Source: Fibrobacteria bacterium
GTDB taxonomy: Bacteria; Fibrobacterota; Fibrobacteria; UBA11236
Assembly (NCBI GenBank): GCA_041746255.1
Contig: JBGTHM010000014.1
Span: 17,713-81,712 of the forward strand
DNA: 64,000 nt
Direction: 5' to 3'
Shown piece after piece: positions 39,012 through 47,623 of this stretch. Made by a program: the position numbers and the translations under genes. The first letter of the stretch is position 1; every line of letters starts with the position of its first letter. A model generated the notes under the pieces. It worked only from the letters and a program-made list of their open reading frames with translations. It was not told where the DNA came from and did no database searches.

Positions 39012-41414
39012 ATGAAGATTGCCGCGCTTTTATGGATATGGATACTCGCGACTTCCCTTGCCGCGGCGGAAAACAGCGGTAGCGACAGTACCAAATCGCA
39101 CATAGACAAGGTGGTGGTAGAGATGCCATCGGGCTTCCATTTCCGAGTGGCGGGTTATGTCGCGGCGGTGGAAAAGGGCTATTACGCCGACGCCGGTTTG
39201 AACGTGGTCTTGCAGGAAGGCGATCCCGAAAGAATTGCTTCGGAGCGGGTGCTGAAGGATCAGGCGCAGTTCGGAATTTCCGGATCGGAAATCGTTCTGA
39301 ACAGGATGCGGGGCGATCCCGTTGTGGTCTTGGCGGTGATATTCCAGCATTCGCCCCATGCGCTGATGGTGCGTTATGACTCCGATATACTCACTCTCAG
39401 GGATCTTATCGGGCGCAAAGTCATGATCGAAATGAACCAGCGCGACGCCGAACTGATGGCGATGTTCCGGAAAGAAGGCATCGACATGTCCGGAATTACC
39501 TTCCTACGCAATTCAGGGGATATCGGCGATCTCATTCTCGGAAAAACGGATGCCATGGGCACTTATGCAGCCTTGGGCCCGGCGCAATTGCAGTCGCGCG
39601 GAATCCCCACCAGCCTTATCCATCCGTCGCATTACGGAATCGATTTTTACGGCGACTGCCTGTTTACGACCCAGGAGCAGGTTCGCTTTCATCCCGAACG
39701 GGTTGAGGCGTTCCGTCGGGCCACCCTGCGAGGGTGGAAGTTCGCGATGGAAAATCCGGACGAACTCATCGATTTGCTGATGACCCGTTTCGAAGGGGAT
39801 AAACGAGGGCTTCGGCGATCCCATTTGCGCCATGAGGCCGAAGCCATGCGGCAACTCACCGACATTAATCTGGTGGAACTCGGGTATATGAACATCGAGC
39901 GCTGGGAACGTATCGCCAAAACCTATGCGGATTTGGGCATGGCCGCGCGTCCTTACACGCTGGAAGGCTTCGTTTATTCTCCGCCGGGTAAAACCGATTA
40001 TTCCTGGGTGCGGTGGATTGTCGCCATCGTGGCCGTCGCGACCATGCTCATCCTGGGAATTTGGCTATGGAACCTTCGCCTGCGCACCGAGATTTCCCGT
40101 CGAACCTCGGAACTCACGGGCAAGAACGACGAACTCATGCGCGAAGGGGTGGAGAGACGCAAGGCCGAGGAGAGCCGAGCCGAGCTGGAGGAACAGTTGC
40201 GGCAATCCCATAAAATGGAAGCCATCGGACAGCTCGCCGGCGGTGTCGCCCACGATTTCAATAATTTGTTGACTCCCATTATCGGATACGCGGAACTGAC
40301 GCTCATGGAAACGCCTCCCTCCTCACGCCAACATTCCAATCTCTCGCATATTCTCAAATCCGCCGATCATGCGAAAATGCTGACCACCCAACTGCTGGCT
40401 TTCAGCCGCAAACAGGTTTTGGAGATGAAAGTGCTCAACCTTTCCGAGGAGATAGCCCACTTCGAAAAGATTCTACGCCGCATCATCCGGGAGGATATCG
40501 AAATCACGACCCGTCTCGACCCTGATGTCGGCCGGATCAAGGGTGACCCGACCCAGTTCCAGCAAATTCTCATGAACCTGGTGGTAAATGCCCAGGACGC
40601 CATGCCCGGCGGGGGAAATCTCACCATCGAGACCGGCAATGTGACGTTGGACGAGGCTTTCGTACTCACCCATCCCGACGTGGTTCCCGGCCACTATGTC
40701 AGTTTGACGGTGAGTGATACGGGTGACGGTATGGACGAGAATACGCGCAACCGTATTTTCGAGCCGTTCTTCACCACCAAGGAGAGGGACAAAGGCACCG
40801 GGTTGGGATTGGCGACGGTGTATGGAATCGTCAAACAACACGGCGGCAGTATCTGGGTGCAATCCGAGCCGGGTCAGGGTTCCACTTTCAAAATCTTCAT
40901 TCCCCGCACCGACAATTCGGTTGACGAAGTCGAAGATGAGAAGCACGGATCCGCTCTCGTCCATAATGGCGAAACCCTGGTAGTGGCGGAAGACGACGAA
41001 ATGGTACGGAAACTCACGGTGGAAATCCTCGCTTTGCACGGATATAACGTGCTGGAGTCCGTTACTCCCGAAGATGCTTTGCAAATTGCGCGGGACTATG
41101 CAGGGGAAATCCACATGCTGGTCACCGATGTGGTAATGCCCAAGATGAACGGCATTGAATTGTACCGCAACATGCTCGCCATTCGACCCGGAATCAAGGT
41201 GCTGTACCTTTCCGGCTATACGGACAACATTCTCGCTACCCATGGGATGAGCGCTTCCAATATCAAGCTGCTGCAAAAACCCTTTTCGGTGCAAAGCCTC
41301 ACTTCGAAGGTGAAGGAAGTATTGGAAGAGGAGAAACCCGGGAAGGCGCAGGCGGATGACGCAGCCGAGGAGGTGGGTCAAGGTTCGCGGAAATCGCCCG
41401 AATCGTCGATATAA
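39012..41414 (+). CDS. hybrid sensor histidine kinase: periplasmic substrate-binding-like domain, TM, HisKA, HATPase_c and C-terminal receiver
   Basis: Signal peptide, then an NMT1/SBP-like periplasmic domain of about 300 aa. TM helix [23 protein letters not shown]-box [16 protein letters not shown]. ATPase G-boxes ([15 protein letters not shown]). Receiver with LVVAEDDE...[13 protein letters not shown]. 800 aa. Confidence 0.85.
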   Translation: MKIAALLWIWILATSLAAAENSGSDSTKSHIDKVVVEMPSGFHFRVAGYVAAVEKGYYADAGLNVVLQEGDPERIASERVLKDQAQFGISGSEIVLNRMRGDPVVVLAVIFQHSPHALMVRYDSDILTLRDLIGRKVMIEMNQRDAELMAMFRKEGIDMSGITFLRNSGDIGDLILGKTDAMGTYAALGPAQLQSRGIPTSLIHPSHYGIDFYGDCLFTTQEQVRFHPERVEAFRRATLRGWKFAMENPDELIDLLMTRFEGDKRGLRRSHLRHEAEAMRQLTDINLVELGYMNIERWERIAKTYADLGMAARPYTLEGFVYSPPGKTDYSWVRWIVAIVAVATMLILGIWLWNLRLRTEISRRTSELTGKNDELMREGVERRKAEESRAELEEQLRQSHKMEAIGQLAGGVAHDFNNLLTPIIGYAELTLMETPPSSRQHSNLSHILKSADHAKMLTTQLLAFSRKQVLEMKVLNLSEEIAHFEKILRRIIREDIEITTRLDPDVGRIKGDPTQFQQILMNLVVNAQDAMPGGGNLTIETGNVTLDEAFVLTHPDVVPGHYVSLTVSDTGDGMDENTRNRIFEPFFTTKERDKGTGLGLATVYGIVKQHGGSIWVQSEPGQGSTFKIFIPRTDNSVDEVEDEKHGSALVHNGETLVVAEDDEMVRKLTVEILALHGYNVLESVTPEDALQIARDYAGEIHMLVTDVVMPKMNGIELYRNMLAIRPGIKVLYLSGYTDNILATHGMSASNIKLLQKPFSVQSLTSKVKEVLEEEKPGKAQADDAAEEVGQGSRKSPESSI

Positions 41415-42916
41415 TTCCAGTCCTTGCCGGTTTGTACGCGCGCGAGACCCTTGAAAAAATTGCAGGCGGCATCGAAGCGCGGTGCTATGACGACGGCGCC
41501 GGTTTGATTGATGTATCCGAAACGCCCTTCAATTTTGACGACCGCCAGGTTTTCTGAAAACCAGGATGCGAAATCGAAACGCGGCGGGATGGCGAAATTT
41601 CCGACGGTGTCGATGAATCCCCATTTACCGCCCTGAATTTCCCCCGCGCCTCCGATTCGGCCTCCCATATTGATGCGAGCCAACCCCTCGGAAAAGGGAT
41701 AGGCGAAATCGTAGCGAAGCGGGATGGCAAGCCTTCCCTCTTTATCGATGTACCCCCATTTTTTGATCCAACCGAGCCATATCGTTTGCTGTACGGCGGC
41801 CAAACCTTCCGAGAAGGAACCGGCCCGATAAAACCTCTGGCCGATGCGGCGGGCGCCGGTACCATCAATGTAACCCCAGGAAGCTTTGCCGCCCGGTCCG
41901 CTGCGAACCGCAGCCATCCGCTCATGGAAATGCCCGGCCTCGTCGAATTGCGGCGGTACGGTGACCCGGAAATCGGAAGAGGAATAGCCCCACTTCCCGT
42001 CTATCAGCACGCGCGCCATCTCTTCGGAAAAGTGCAGGGATTCGCGCGCGTCGGGAGGAATGATCATGCGTCCTTCGCCGTCGAAATAACGCCACTCGCC
42101 GGCCAGATTGCGGGTTCGGCCCATGCCATTCCCGAAGTCTTCCGCTTCGTCGTAATCGGTGGGTACAATCAGCGTCCCGGAAGCGTTGATGAATCCCCAT
42201 CGGCGTCGCGGGTAGTTTCCCATGGCCACCCGGGCGCAGCCTTCGCGGAATGGGGAGGCCGCATCGAAGGCGGGAGCTATGGCGAACCGGCCGGTCGCAT
42301 CCACGTAACCCCATTTTCCGGAACCGTCCTCCGCGCTTATTACCGCTGCCAGCCCCTCCGAAAAGCGTTCCGTTTCCAGAAACCTACCGGGGATGGCGGC
42401 GTTGCCCCGCGCATCGATATAGGTCCAATAATCACCGGAAAGAACCCGGGCCCGTCCTCCGTGAAAACCGTCGGCGTTTTGATATTGCGGGGGTATGACC
42501 ATGCTGCCGGTTGCGTCGATGAACCCGGCCTTGCCGTCGACCCATGCCACGGCGAATTCCTCACTGAAATCGCCCAGCCGCTCGAAATGCGCAGGCACCT
42601 GGAATTCACCGGCCTTGTTTATGAAGCCCCATGCAAGTCGGCCCGCTTCATGCAGCCCATTGCCTTCAGGCGTCGACTTCACGGCAGCCAGACCCTGATG
42701 GAAATCCCGAGCTTCCAAAAAGGTTTGTTTTATCGCAAACTCGCCGTCTTCATTGATATAGCCCCACAGACGCACATCCCCGATTTTCGGTTCAAAGGAA
42801 ACCGCCGCCAGGCCTTCGGAGAAGGACGAAGCCGTGGAAAAACGCGGCGACAGGAGGCACCTGCCGTTTTCATCGCAATATCCCCATTTTCCTTCGGATT
42901 TGAATGGAACCAGCAT
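41378..42916 (-). CDS. WG-repeat (KWG-type) protein
   Basis: 512 aa made almost entirely of about 12 tandem W-G-(Y/F)-I(D/N) repeats (KWGYCDENG, LWGYINEDG, AWGFINKAG...). Confidence 0.75.
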   Translation of the reverse strand: MLVPFKSEGKWGYCDENGRCLLSPRFSTASSFSEGLAAVSFEPKIGDVRLWGYINEDGEFAIKQTFLEARDFHQGLAAVKSTPEGNGLHEAGRLAWGFINKAGEFQVPAHFERLGDFSEEFAVAWVDGKAGFIDATGSMVIPPQYQNADGFHGGRARVLSGDYWTYIDARGNAAIPGRFLETERFSEGLAAVISAEDGSGKWGYVDATGRFAIAPAFDAASPFREGCARVAMGNYPRRRWGFINASGTLIVPTDYDEAEDFGNGMGRTRNLAGEWRYFDGEGRMIIPPDARESLHFSEEMARVLIDGKWGYSSSDFRVTVPPQFDEAGHFHERMAAVRSGPGGKASWGYIDGTGARRIGQRFYRAGSFSEGLAAVQQTIWLGWIKKWGYIDKEGRLAIPLRYDFAYPFSEGLARINMGGRIGGAGEIQGGKWGFIDTVGNFAIPPRFDFASWFSENLAVVKIEGRFGYINQTGAVVIAPRFDAACNFFKGLARVQTGKDWNYIDDSGDFREP

Positions 42917-42936
42917 GGTTTGCCTTCACCCTGTTT

Positions 42937-42955
42937 TGAGCAATGATATCTTGCT
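42937..42955. promoter_or_regulatory. Perfect 6 bp-arm palindrome (GAGCAA-N7-TTGCTC), candidate operator in a divergent promoter region
   Basis: gagcaatgatatcttgctc lies 21 nt upstream of the WG-repeat gene start and about 80 nt upstream of the receiver gene. The inner gatatc is itself palindromic. Confidence 0.35.
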
Positions 42956-43033
42956 CATGCCACCATGGGCAAGGCAAAAGCCCGCAGAGGAATTCCCTGG
43001 TTTTCCGGAGCTGGGATTTAGTACTCTACTTCC

Positions 43034-43471
43034 ATGCAAACACTCGCGCCTGAAAAACACCGGATCCCCATCGCAGCAGGAACCATATTGCTGGTTGAGG
43101 ACGAAGACATCGTTCATCGGCTCCTATGCCAAGTGCTGGAAATGCAGCATTACCGGGTATTGAAAGCGACCACGGGAGCGCAAGCCTTGGAGTTGGCGGG
43201 GAATTTTTCCGGAACCATCGATTTGTTGGTGGCGGACGTGGAACTGGAAAGGTCCATGACCGGTTGTCAACTGGCCCGTTCGCTGCGGCGATTGCGGCCC
43301 CAGATGAAAGTCCTGTATATTTCCGGTTATTGCCTCGATTTGAACCACATGCCGGACTGTGCTTCCATAAGGCGGGAAACCCAGGAGCTCATGGCGGGCT
43401 ATCTGGAAAAGCCTTTCAGCCCCTCGGCGCTGGCCGAGAAGGTGCGGTCGGTGCTCAAGGGAATTCATTAA
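43034..43471 (+). CDS. single-domain response regulator (receiver only)
   Basis: LLVEDEDIVHRLL...LLVADVELERSMTG...KVLYISGY is the CheY-like fold with the phospho-acceptor Asp. 145 aa. Confidence 0.75.
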   Translation: MQTLAPEKHRIPIAAGTILLVEDEDIVHRLLCQVLEMQHYRVLKATTGAQALELAGNFSGTIDLLVADVELERSMTGCQLARSLRRLRPQMKVLYISGYCLDLNHMPDCASIRRETQELMAGYLEKPFSPSALAEKVRSVLKGIH

Positions 43472-43531
43472 GCATAGCGATTTATCGCCGGGGCCGACCG
43501 CGGCCGCCGGTAATGCCCGGCAGGGATTGAC

Positions 43532-44023
43532 TCAGGCCAGCAAGGCGGCCGATGCGGGTCCCGACAGGATTTTCAGGAAATTCAGCACCTCTGGGGTAAC
43601 TGCTTCGTGACGTAACGCGCAAGGCGCCCAGATGATTCCCTTGCACTCTCCCGTCTTCCAAAGCGGTAAAAGCGCCACGTCTCCCGGCACATCGGGCTCG
43701 AAGCTGGGAAGAAAACAAGCGCGCCCTTCCCGCAAAGCCCAATCGAGAATTCCCTCTTCGATATGCTGGCGCAAGAGTTCGGCATACTCCGGGAAAACTT
43801 CGCCCGCAAAGGGAAGGTGGAGCAAGGCGCCCCCACGGGACGCCAAGGCGGCGGCGCAATGGGCCAGTACCGCCGAAGTGAGGGCCTTGGAAATGATACG
43901 CATGGCGTCTTCGGGCTTTGCGGCCCGCATCAATTCCTGAGTCCACCCCGAAAGCCGGGCGAGGGTAATCAGCGTCGAGGATTCTCCCTCGGGCTGCAGG
44001 GCATTTTCGCTGGGCGTGTTCAT
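43532..44023 (-). CDS. GAF-domain protein
   Basis: 163 aa predicted GAF-like fold. Overlaps the upstream HDOD gene by 4 nt. Weak motif support. Confidence 0.45.
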   Translation of the reverse strand: MNTPSENALQPEGESSTLITLARLSGWTQELMRAAKPEDAMRIISKALTSAVLAHCAAALASRGGALLHLPFAGEVFPEYAELLRQHIEEGILDWALREGRACFLPSFEPDVPGDVALLPLWKTGECKGIIWAPCALRHEAVTPEVLNFLKILSGPASAALLA

Positions 44024-44940
44024 GGAGATTCTCCCAGAAAGTCGCTGGCGCGGTCATATTCCATTATCAGCTCACCGATTTTATCATCCAGATTGACCGG
44101 GTCGAAATTGAGAATCCGCTGCGACAACTTGGCGATATTCGCGGGCATCTCGCGAGGCGCTTCCATCGAGGAATAGCCGAGCCGTGCTCTGTGCGCGAGG
44201 TGGTTTCCCAAAAAGACCAGCAAAGGAAGTTCGGGCCGTTCGGCGGGGCAGTTTTGCGGCGCGTCGTGATATTGAATAGCCTCAACCAAAACCGGCGGCA
44301 AGCTCCATTTCTCCGCGAGCCAGGCTCCGACTTGCGCATGGGTGACACCGAAAACTTCCGTTTCGGCCTCTTCCTGGCTCATGCCTCCCGGCACCGCCAA
44401 GCGATGCACCATGTCCAAATCGTCATAGAGGTAGATGGTCAAGACCAAGCGCCCGATATCGTGCAGCAGTCCCGCCACGAAAGCCTCTCCCGCGAGACGA
44501 TAACAGACGCTGCGGGCGAGCATGCGCGTCGCCGAGGCCACGGCCACCGAGTGTTGCCAGAACCGGCTCCAATCCAGACCCGCACCCGACGATTCGCGTC
44601 TTAAAGTGGTGAGTACCGAGAGACCCAGTCCCATTTCCTTCACGGCGTCGAATCCCAAAACCACCACGGCGAGCTTCACCGTGCCTATCTCCCGGGGAAA
44701 ACCGTAAAAGGAGGAGTTGGCCACCTTGAGGATGCGGGCGGTCAAAACCTGGTCCTGCATGATCAATTTGGCGAGGCCGGCCGCGGAAGTGCGCGGGTTG
44801 TCCACCAACTCCAGCATCTTGGCCGTTACGGTGGGAAGGGAAGGCAGCGTGAGGATGGATTGGGTGACGCGTTTGACGCGTTGCGCTTTCTCGGCTTGCG
44901 AATAAAGGGGAGCTCCTCCCGAGTGCATTTCGCGGCGCAT
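44020..44940 (-). CDS. HDOD-domain signalling protein
   Basis: HD-related output domain features (GLLHDIGRLVL, LGFDAVKEMG). 306 aa. Confidence 0.7.
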   Translation of the reverse strand: MRREMHSGGAPLYSQAEKAQRVKRVTQSILTLPSLPTVTAKMLELVDNPRTSAAGLAKLIMQDQVLTARILKVANSSFYGFPREIGTVKLAVVVLGFDAVKEMGLGLSVLTTLRRESSGAGLDWSRFWQHSVAVASATRMLARSVCYRLAGEAFVAGLLHDIGRLVLTIYLYDDLDMVHRLAVPGGMSQEEAETEVFGVTHAQVGAWLAEKWSLPPVLVEAIQYHDAPQNCPAERPELPLLVFLGNHLAHRARLGYSSMEAPREMPANIAKLSQRILNFDPVNLDDKIGELIMEYDRASDFLGESP

Positions 44941-44945
44941 GGGGT

Positions 44946-45791
44946 TTAAGCCCCTATCTTCTGGAGCAGCTTTCCTTTGAGCTTCAACATGGCTTTGGAA
45001 TGGATTTGGGAAACCCTCGATTCGGTGAGGTTGAGCACTTCGCCGATTTCCTTGAGAGTCAACTCTTCGTAGTGGTATAGGGCCACCACCAGTTTTTCTT
45101 TTTCCGGGAGAGCGGAAATCGTCTCCTTCAAGATCCGTTTCACTTCCTTATACCCCAGCTCCTGCAGGGGATTGCTACCCTGCGAATCTTCGATGGTATC
45201 GATAAGCGAAAGCGACTTGTTCTCTTCTCCGCGCGCGGGTAGCGCCTCCTCCAGGGATAATATGGTGGTGGGCGCTGAATCGGTCACCATGGCCTCGAAT
45301 TCGTCCAGGGTGATATTGAGATGGGCGGCCACCTCATCGTCATAAGGCATGCGGCCATATTCGTTTTCCAATTGCGCGTAAGCCTTGTGCAGCGTACGCG
45401 CCTTCTGGCGGACCGATCGGGGTACCCAATCGAGAGTCCTCAATTCATCCAGGATGGCGCCGCGGATTTTATGGGTCGCGAAGGTTTCGAACTTGAGCCC
45501 CCGTTCGGGTTCGAAGGTGTCCACGGCTTTGAGGAGACCCATGATGCCCGAACCGACCAGATCGTCGTATTCAACCGAAGCGGGAAGATTGATGGCCACT
45601 CGATGGGCGACGTGTTTGACTACTCCGGCATAATGCACCAGGAGCTTGTCCTTTAATGCCTTGTCGCCGGTGGCGCGGAATTCGGTCCAGGTCCGGAGAA
45701 TATCCTCTTGCGGAATGCCGGCTTCTTTGACGGAAGGCTGCGCCAGTCCTTCCATGGTGGTCTTGCCCTGTTTGTTTTCCCGGATGGTCAT
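44946..45791 (-). CDS. fliA: flagellar RNA polymerase sigma factor FliA/WhiG (sigma-28)
   Basis: Sigma-70 region 2 (YDDLVGSGIMGLLKAVDTFEPERGLKFETFATHKIRGAI) and region 4 (LTLKEIGEVLNLTESRVSQI). Its position right after flhF is conserved. Confidence 0.88.
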   Translation of the reverse strand: MTIRENKQGKTTMEGLAQPSVKEAGIPQEDILRTWTEFRATGDKALKDKLLVHYAGVVKHVAHRVAINLPASVEYDDLVGSGIMGLLKAVDTFEPERGLKFETFATHKIRGAILDELRTLDWVPRSVRQKARTLHKAYAQLENEYGRMPYDDEVAAHLNITLDEFEAMVTDSAPTTILSLEEALPARGEENKSLSLIDTIEDSQGSNPLQELGYKEVKRILKETISALPEKEKLVVALYHYEELTLKEIGEVLNLTESRVSQIHSKAMLKLKGKLLQKIGA

Positions 45792-45806
45792 GGATGAACT
45801 TCAGCC

Positions 45807-46145
45807 CTAGGGCTTCTTGCCTTTTTTGACCGCGCCGGACGCGCCTTCGTTTGCGGTAACGGCCGATGCTTCCGGGGACTTGAAATGCGTGAGAATCCCC
45901 CGTTGTTCGGGAAGCAAGGTGGCGTCACGGGCGGAGGCCATCAGCGATTTGACGAAAGTATCGCTGACGATGAGGAAGAATATCCAACTCGCCGTCGCCA
46001 GCAGCAAACCTTTCACCAAAGCGGTTACGATAGTTTGCCAGGAAAAATCGGAGGATAGAAACAGTGAGAAGCCCACGGTAAAGAAAAACAACAGGGTAAT
46101 GAGATACCGGGTTATTTGTTGGGTCAGCCGGGCCGTTTTTGTCAT
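45807..46145 (-). CDS. hypothetical small membrane protein (sits where flhG/ylxH is usually found)
   Basis: 112 aa with two predicted TM helices (ITRYLITLLFFFTVGFSLFL, LVKGLLLATASWIFFLIVS) and a Lys-rich C-terminus. No P-loop. Confidence 0.5.
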   Translation of the reverse strand: MTKTARLTQQITRYLITLLFFFTVGFSLFLSSDFSWQTIVTALVKGLLLATASWIFFLIVSDTFVKSLMASARDATLLPEQRGILTHFKSPEASAVTANEGASGAVKKGKKP

Positions 46146-46276
46146 AGTTTACAGCGTTTCGCTCCCAGAGGGATGGGGGAGAGTGCAGTCGGCAATCTCC
46201 TTACAGCCCAATTATGGCTTCCGGTTCCCTTCGGTTGCAAGCAGATTCTCCTCTCCACCTCACGGGGGCGGGCGCT

Positions 46277-47623
46277 TCAGGCCACCATACGGGCATTGGC
46301 CTCCACCATCGCAAATAACCCTTGCAATACCAAGGAGGCTGCGTTTTGCGCGGTGGCGGCGCAAATGTCCTGGGGTATGGACTGGCCGTTGCAGATAAAG
46401 GAAACCGGGAGCACCGAACTGGAGAGCGAGGGGATGCATCCCAGCCCCAAACATTCGTCCACTTTGGTGAAGATGAGAGAGGACGCCCCGAGTGTCTGAT
46501 ATTGGTCGGCCATGCGCTGGAGTTCTTTCAGCCTTGTGGTGCAGCTTAGGGTCAGGTGTATTTCGTCGGGTTGCACGGCCAGAACCAAAGCGCGTAATTC
46601 CTCCCAGGCCTCGGGCTTGCGGTGGTTTCGTCCGGCGGTGTCAACGAGGATATAATCGCAATGGGCGAAAGAACGTAAGGCGTCGCGCGCGTCGGCGCCA
46701 TCGAAAACCGTGCGCACGGGAATTCCCGTCGACTGTCCGAAAACCTTCAAATGTTCGTCCGCTCCCATGCGGTGGCCGTCTGCGGATAGGATGGCGACTT
46801 TCAATCCCGATTCGAATTGCGCGCGCGCGGCAAGTTTTGCGATGGTCGTGGTTTTTCCCACACCGGTGGGCCCAGCCAGCATGCAAACGGCCGGCTTGCC
46901 TTGGCGCCGACGCATACCGGGCAGCACGCGAATGCGGCGGGAAAGCCACCTCTCCAGCCAGGGCCCCACTTTTAGGGGATCAGACGTCTGGGAGGGAGGA
47001 AGCGCTTCGGAAAGCTGGGTCAGGGCCTGGCGTGCAAGTCCCGGGTCCATGTCGATGGAGAGGAGGATGTCGTTCAGCCCTTCGAGATGCACGGGCAAGG
47101 GGGCGGCGGCCGGGATGGGAATCGCCTGGGTTATCGCCTGCTGTTCGGCGCGGGAGGAATTGACCGCGGCCAACATATCCTTGATTTCACCGCGCAGAAT
47201 CTGCAGTTCCCGCGTCGGCATTTCCACGCTTTCACGGACTTGTTTCAATTCGGTGCGAATCCAATCCATCATCGCCGGCTCGGGCGTCTGTTCCTTGGGA
47301 GCTTTAGCAGGAGTGGTTTTGCCCGGCGCCGAGACGGAATCCTCCTCCACCACGGGAAGCCTGCCACGCCAGTCATAGGTTTTGGGCGCGGCGGGTTCCA
47401 TCCGTGTTTCCTGCCGGGGCGGTTCCTTGGAAGTTATGGGCTGGGGCTTGGCGTACAAGCTTTCGTCGAGGGCGGCCGTGACTTCCACGAAATCGCGGTT
47501 GCGTCCCAGAACGCGGCGCGACCCTTTTTTGGTTTTTAGAATGACCGCCTCCGGTCCCAGTTCATCCTTGATCTGGGACAGGGCTTCTTGCATGGTTTCC
47601 GCTTTATACGTTTTCATCTTCAT
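46277..47623 (-). CDS. flhF: flagellar biosynthesis GTPase FlhF
   Basis: N-terminus MKMKTYKAETMQEALSQIKDELG. SRP-type GTPase motifs GPTGVGKTTT, DTAGR. 448 aa. Confidence 0.88.
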   Translation of the reverse strand: MKMKTYKAETMQEALSQIKDELGPEAVILKTKKGSRRVLGRNRDFVEVTAALDESLYAKPQPITSKEPPRQETRMEPAAPKTYDWRGRLPVVEEDSVSAPGKTTPAKAPKEQTPEPAMMDWIRTELKQVRESVEMPTRELQILRGEIKDMLAAVNSSRAEQQAITQAIPIPAAAPLPVHLEGLNDILLSIDMDPGLARQALTQLSEALPPSQTSDPLKVGPWLERWLSRRIRVLPGMRRRQGKPAVCMLAGPTGVGKTTTIAKLAARAQFESGLKVAILSADGHRMGADEHLKVFGQSTGIPVRTVFDGADARDALRSFAHCDYILVDTAGRNHRKPEAWEELRALVLAVQPDEIHLTLSCTTRLKELQRMADQYQTLGASSLIFTKVDECLGLGCIPSLSSSVLPVSFICNGQSIPQDICAATAQNAASLVLQGLFAMVEANARMVA

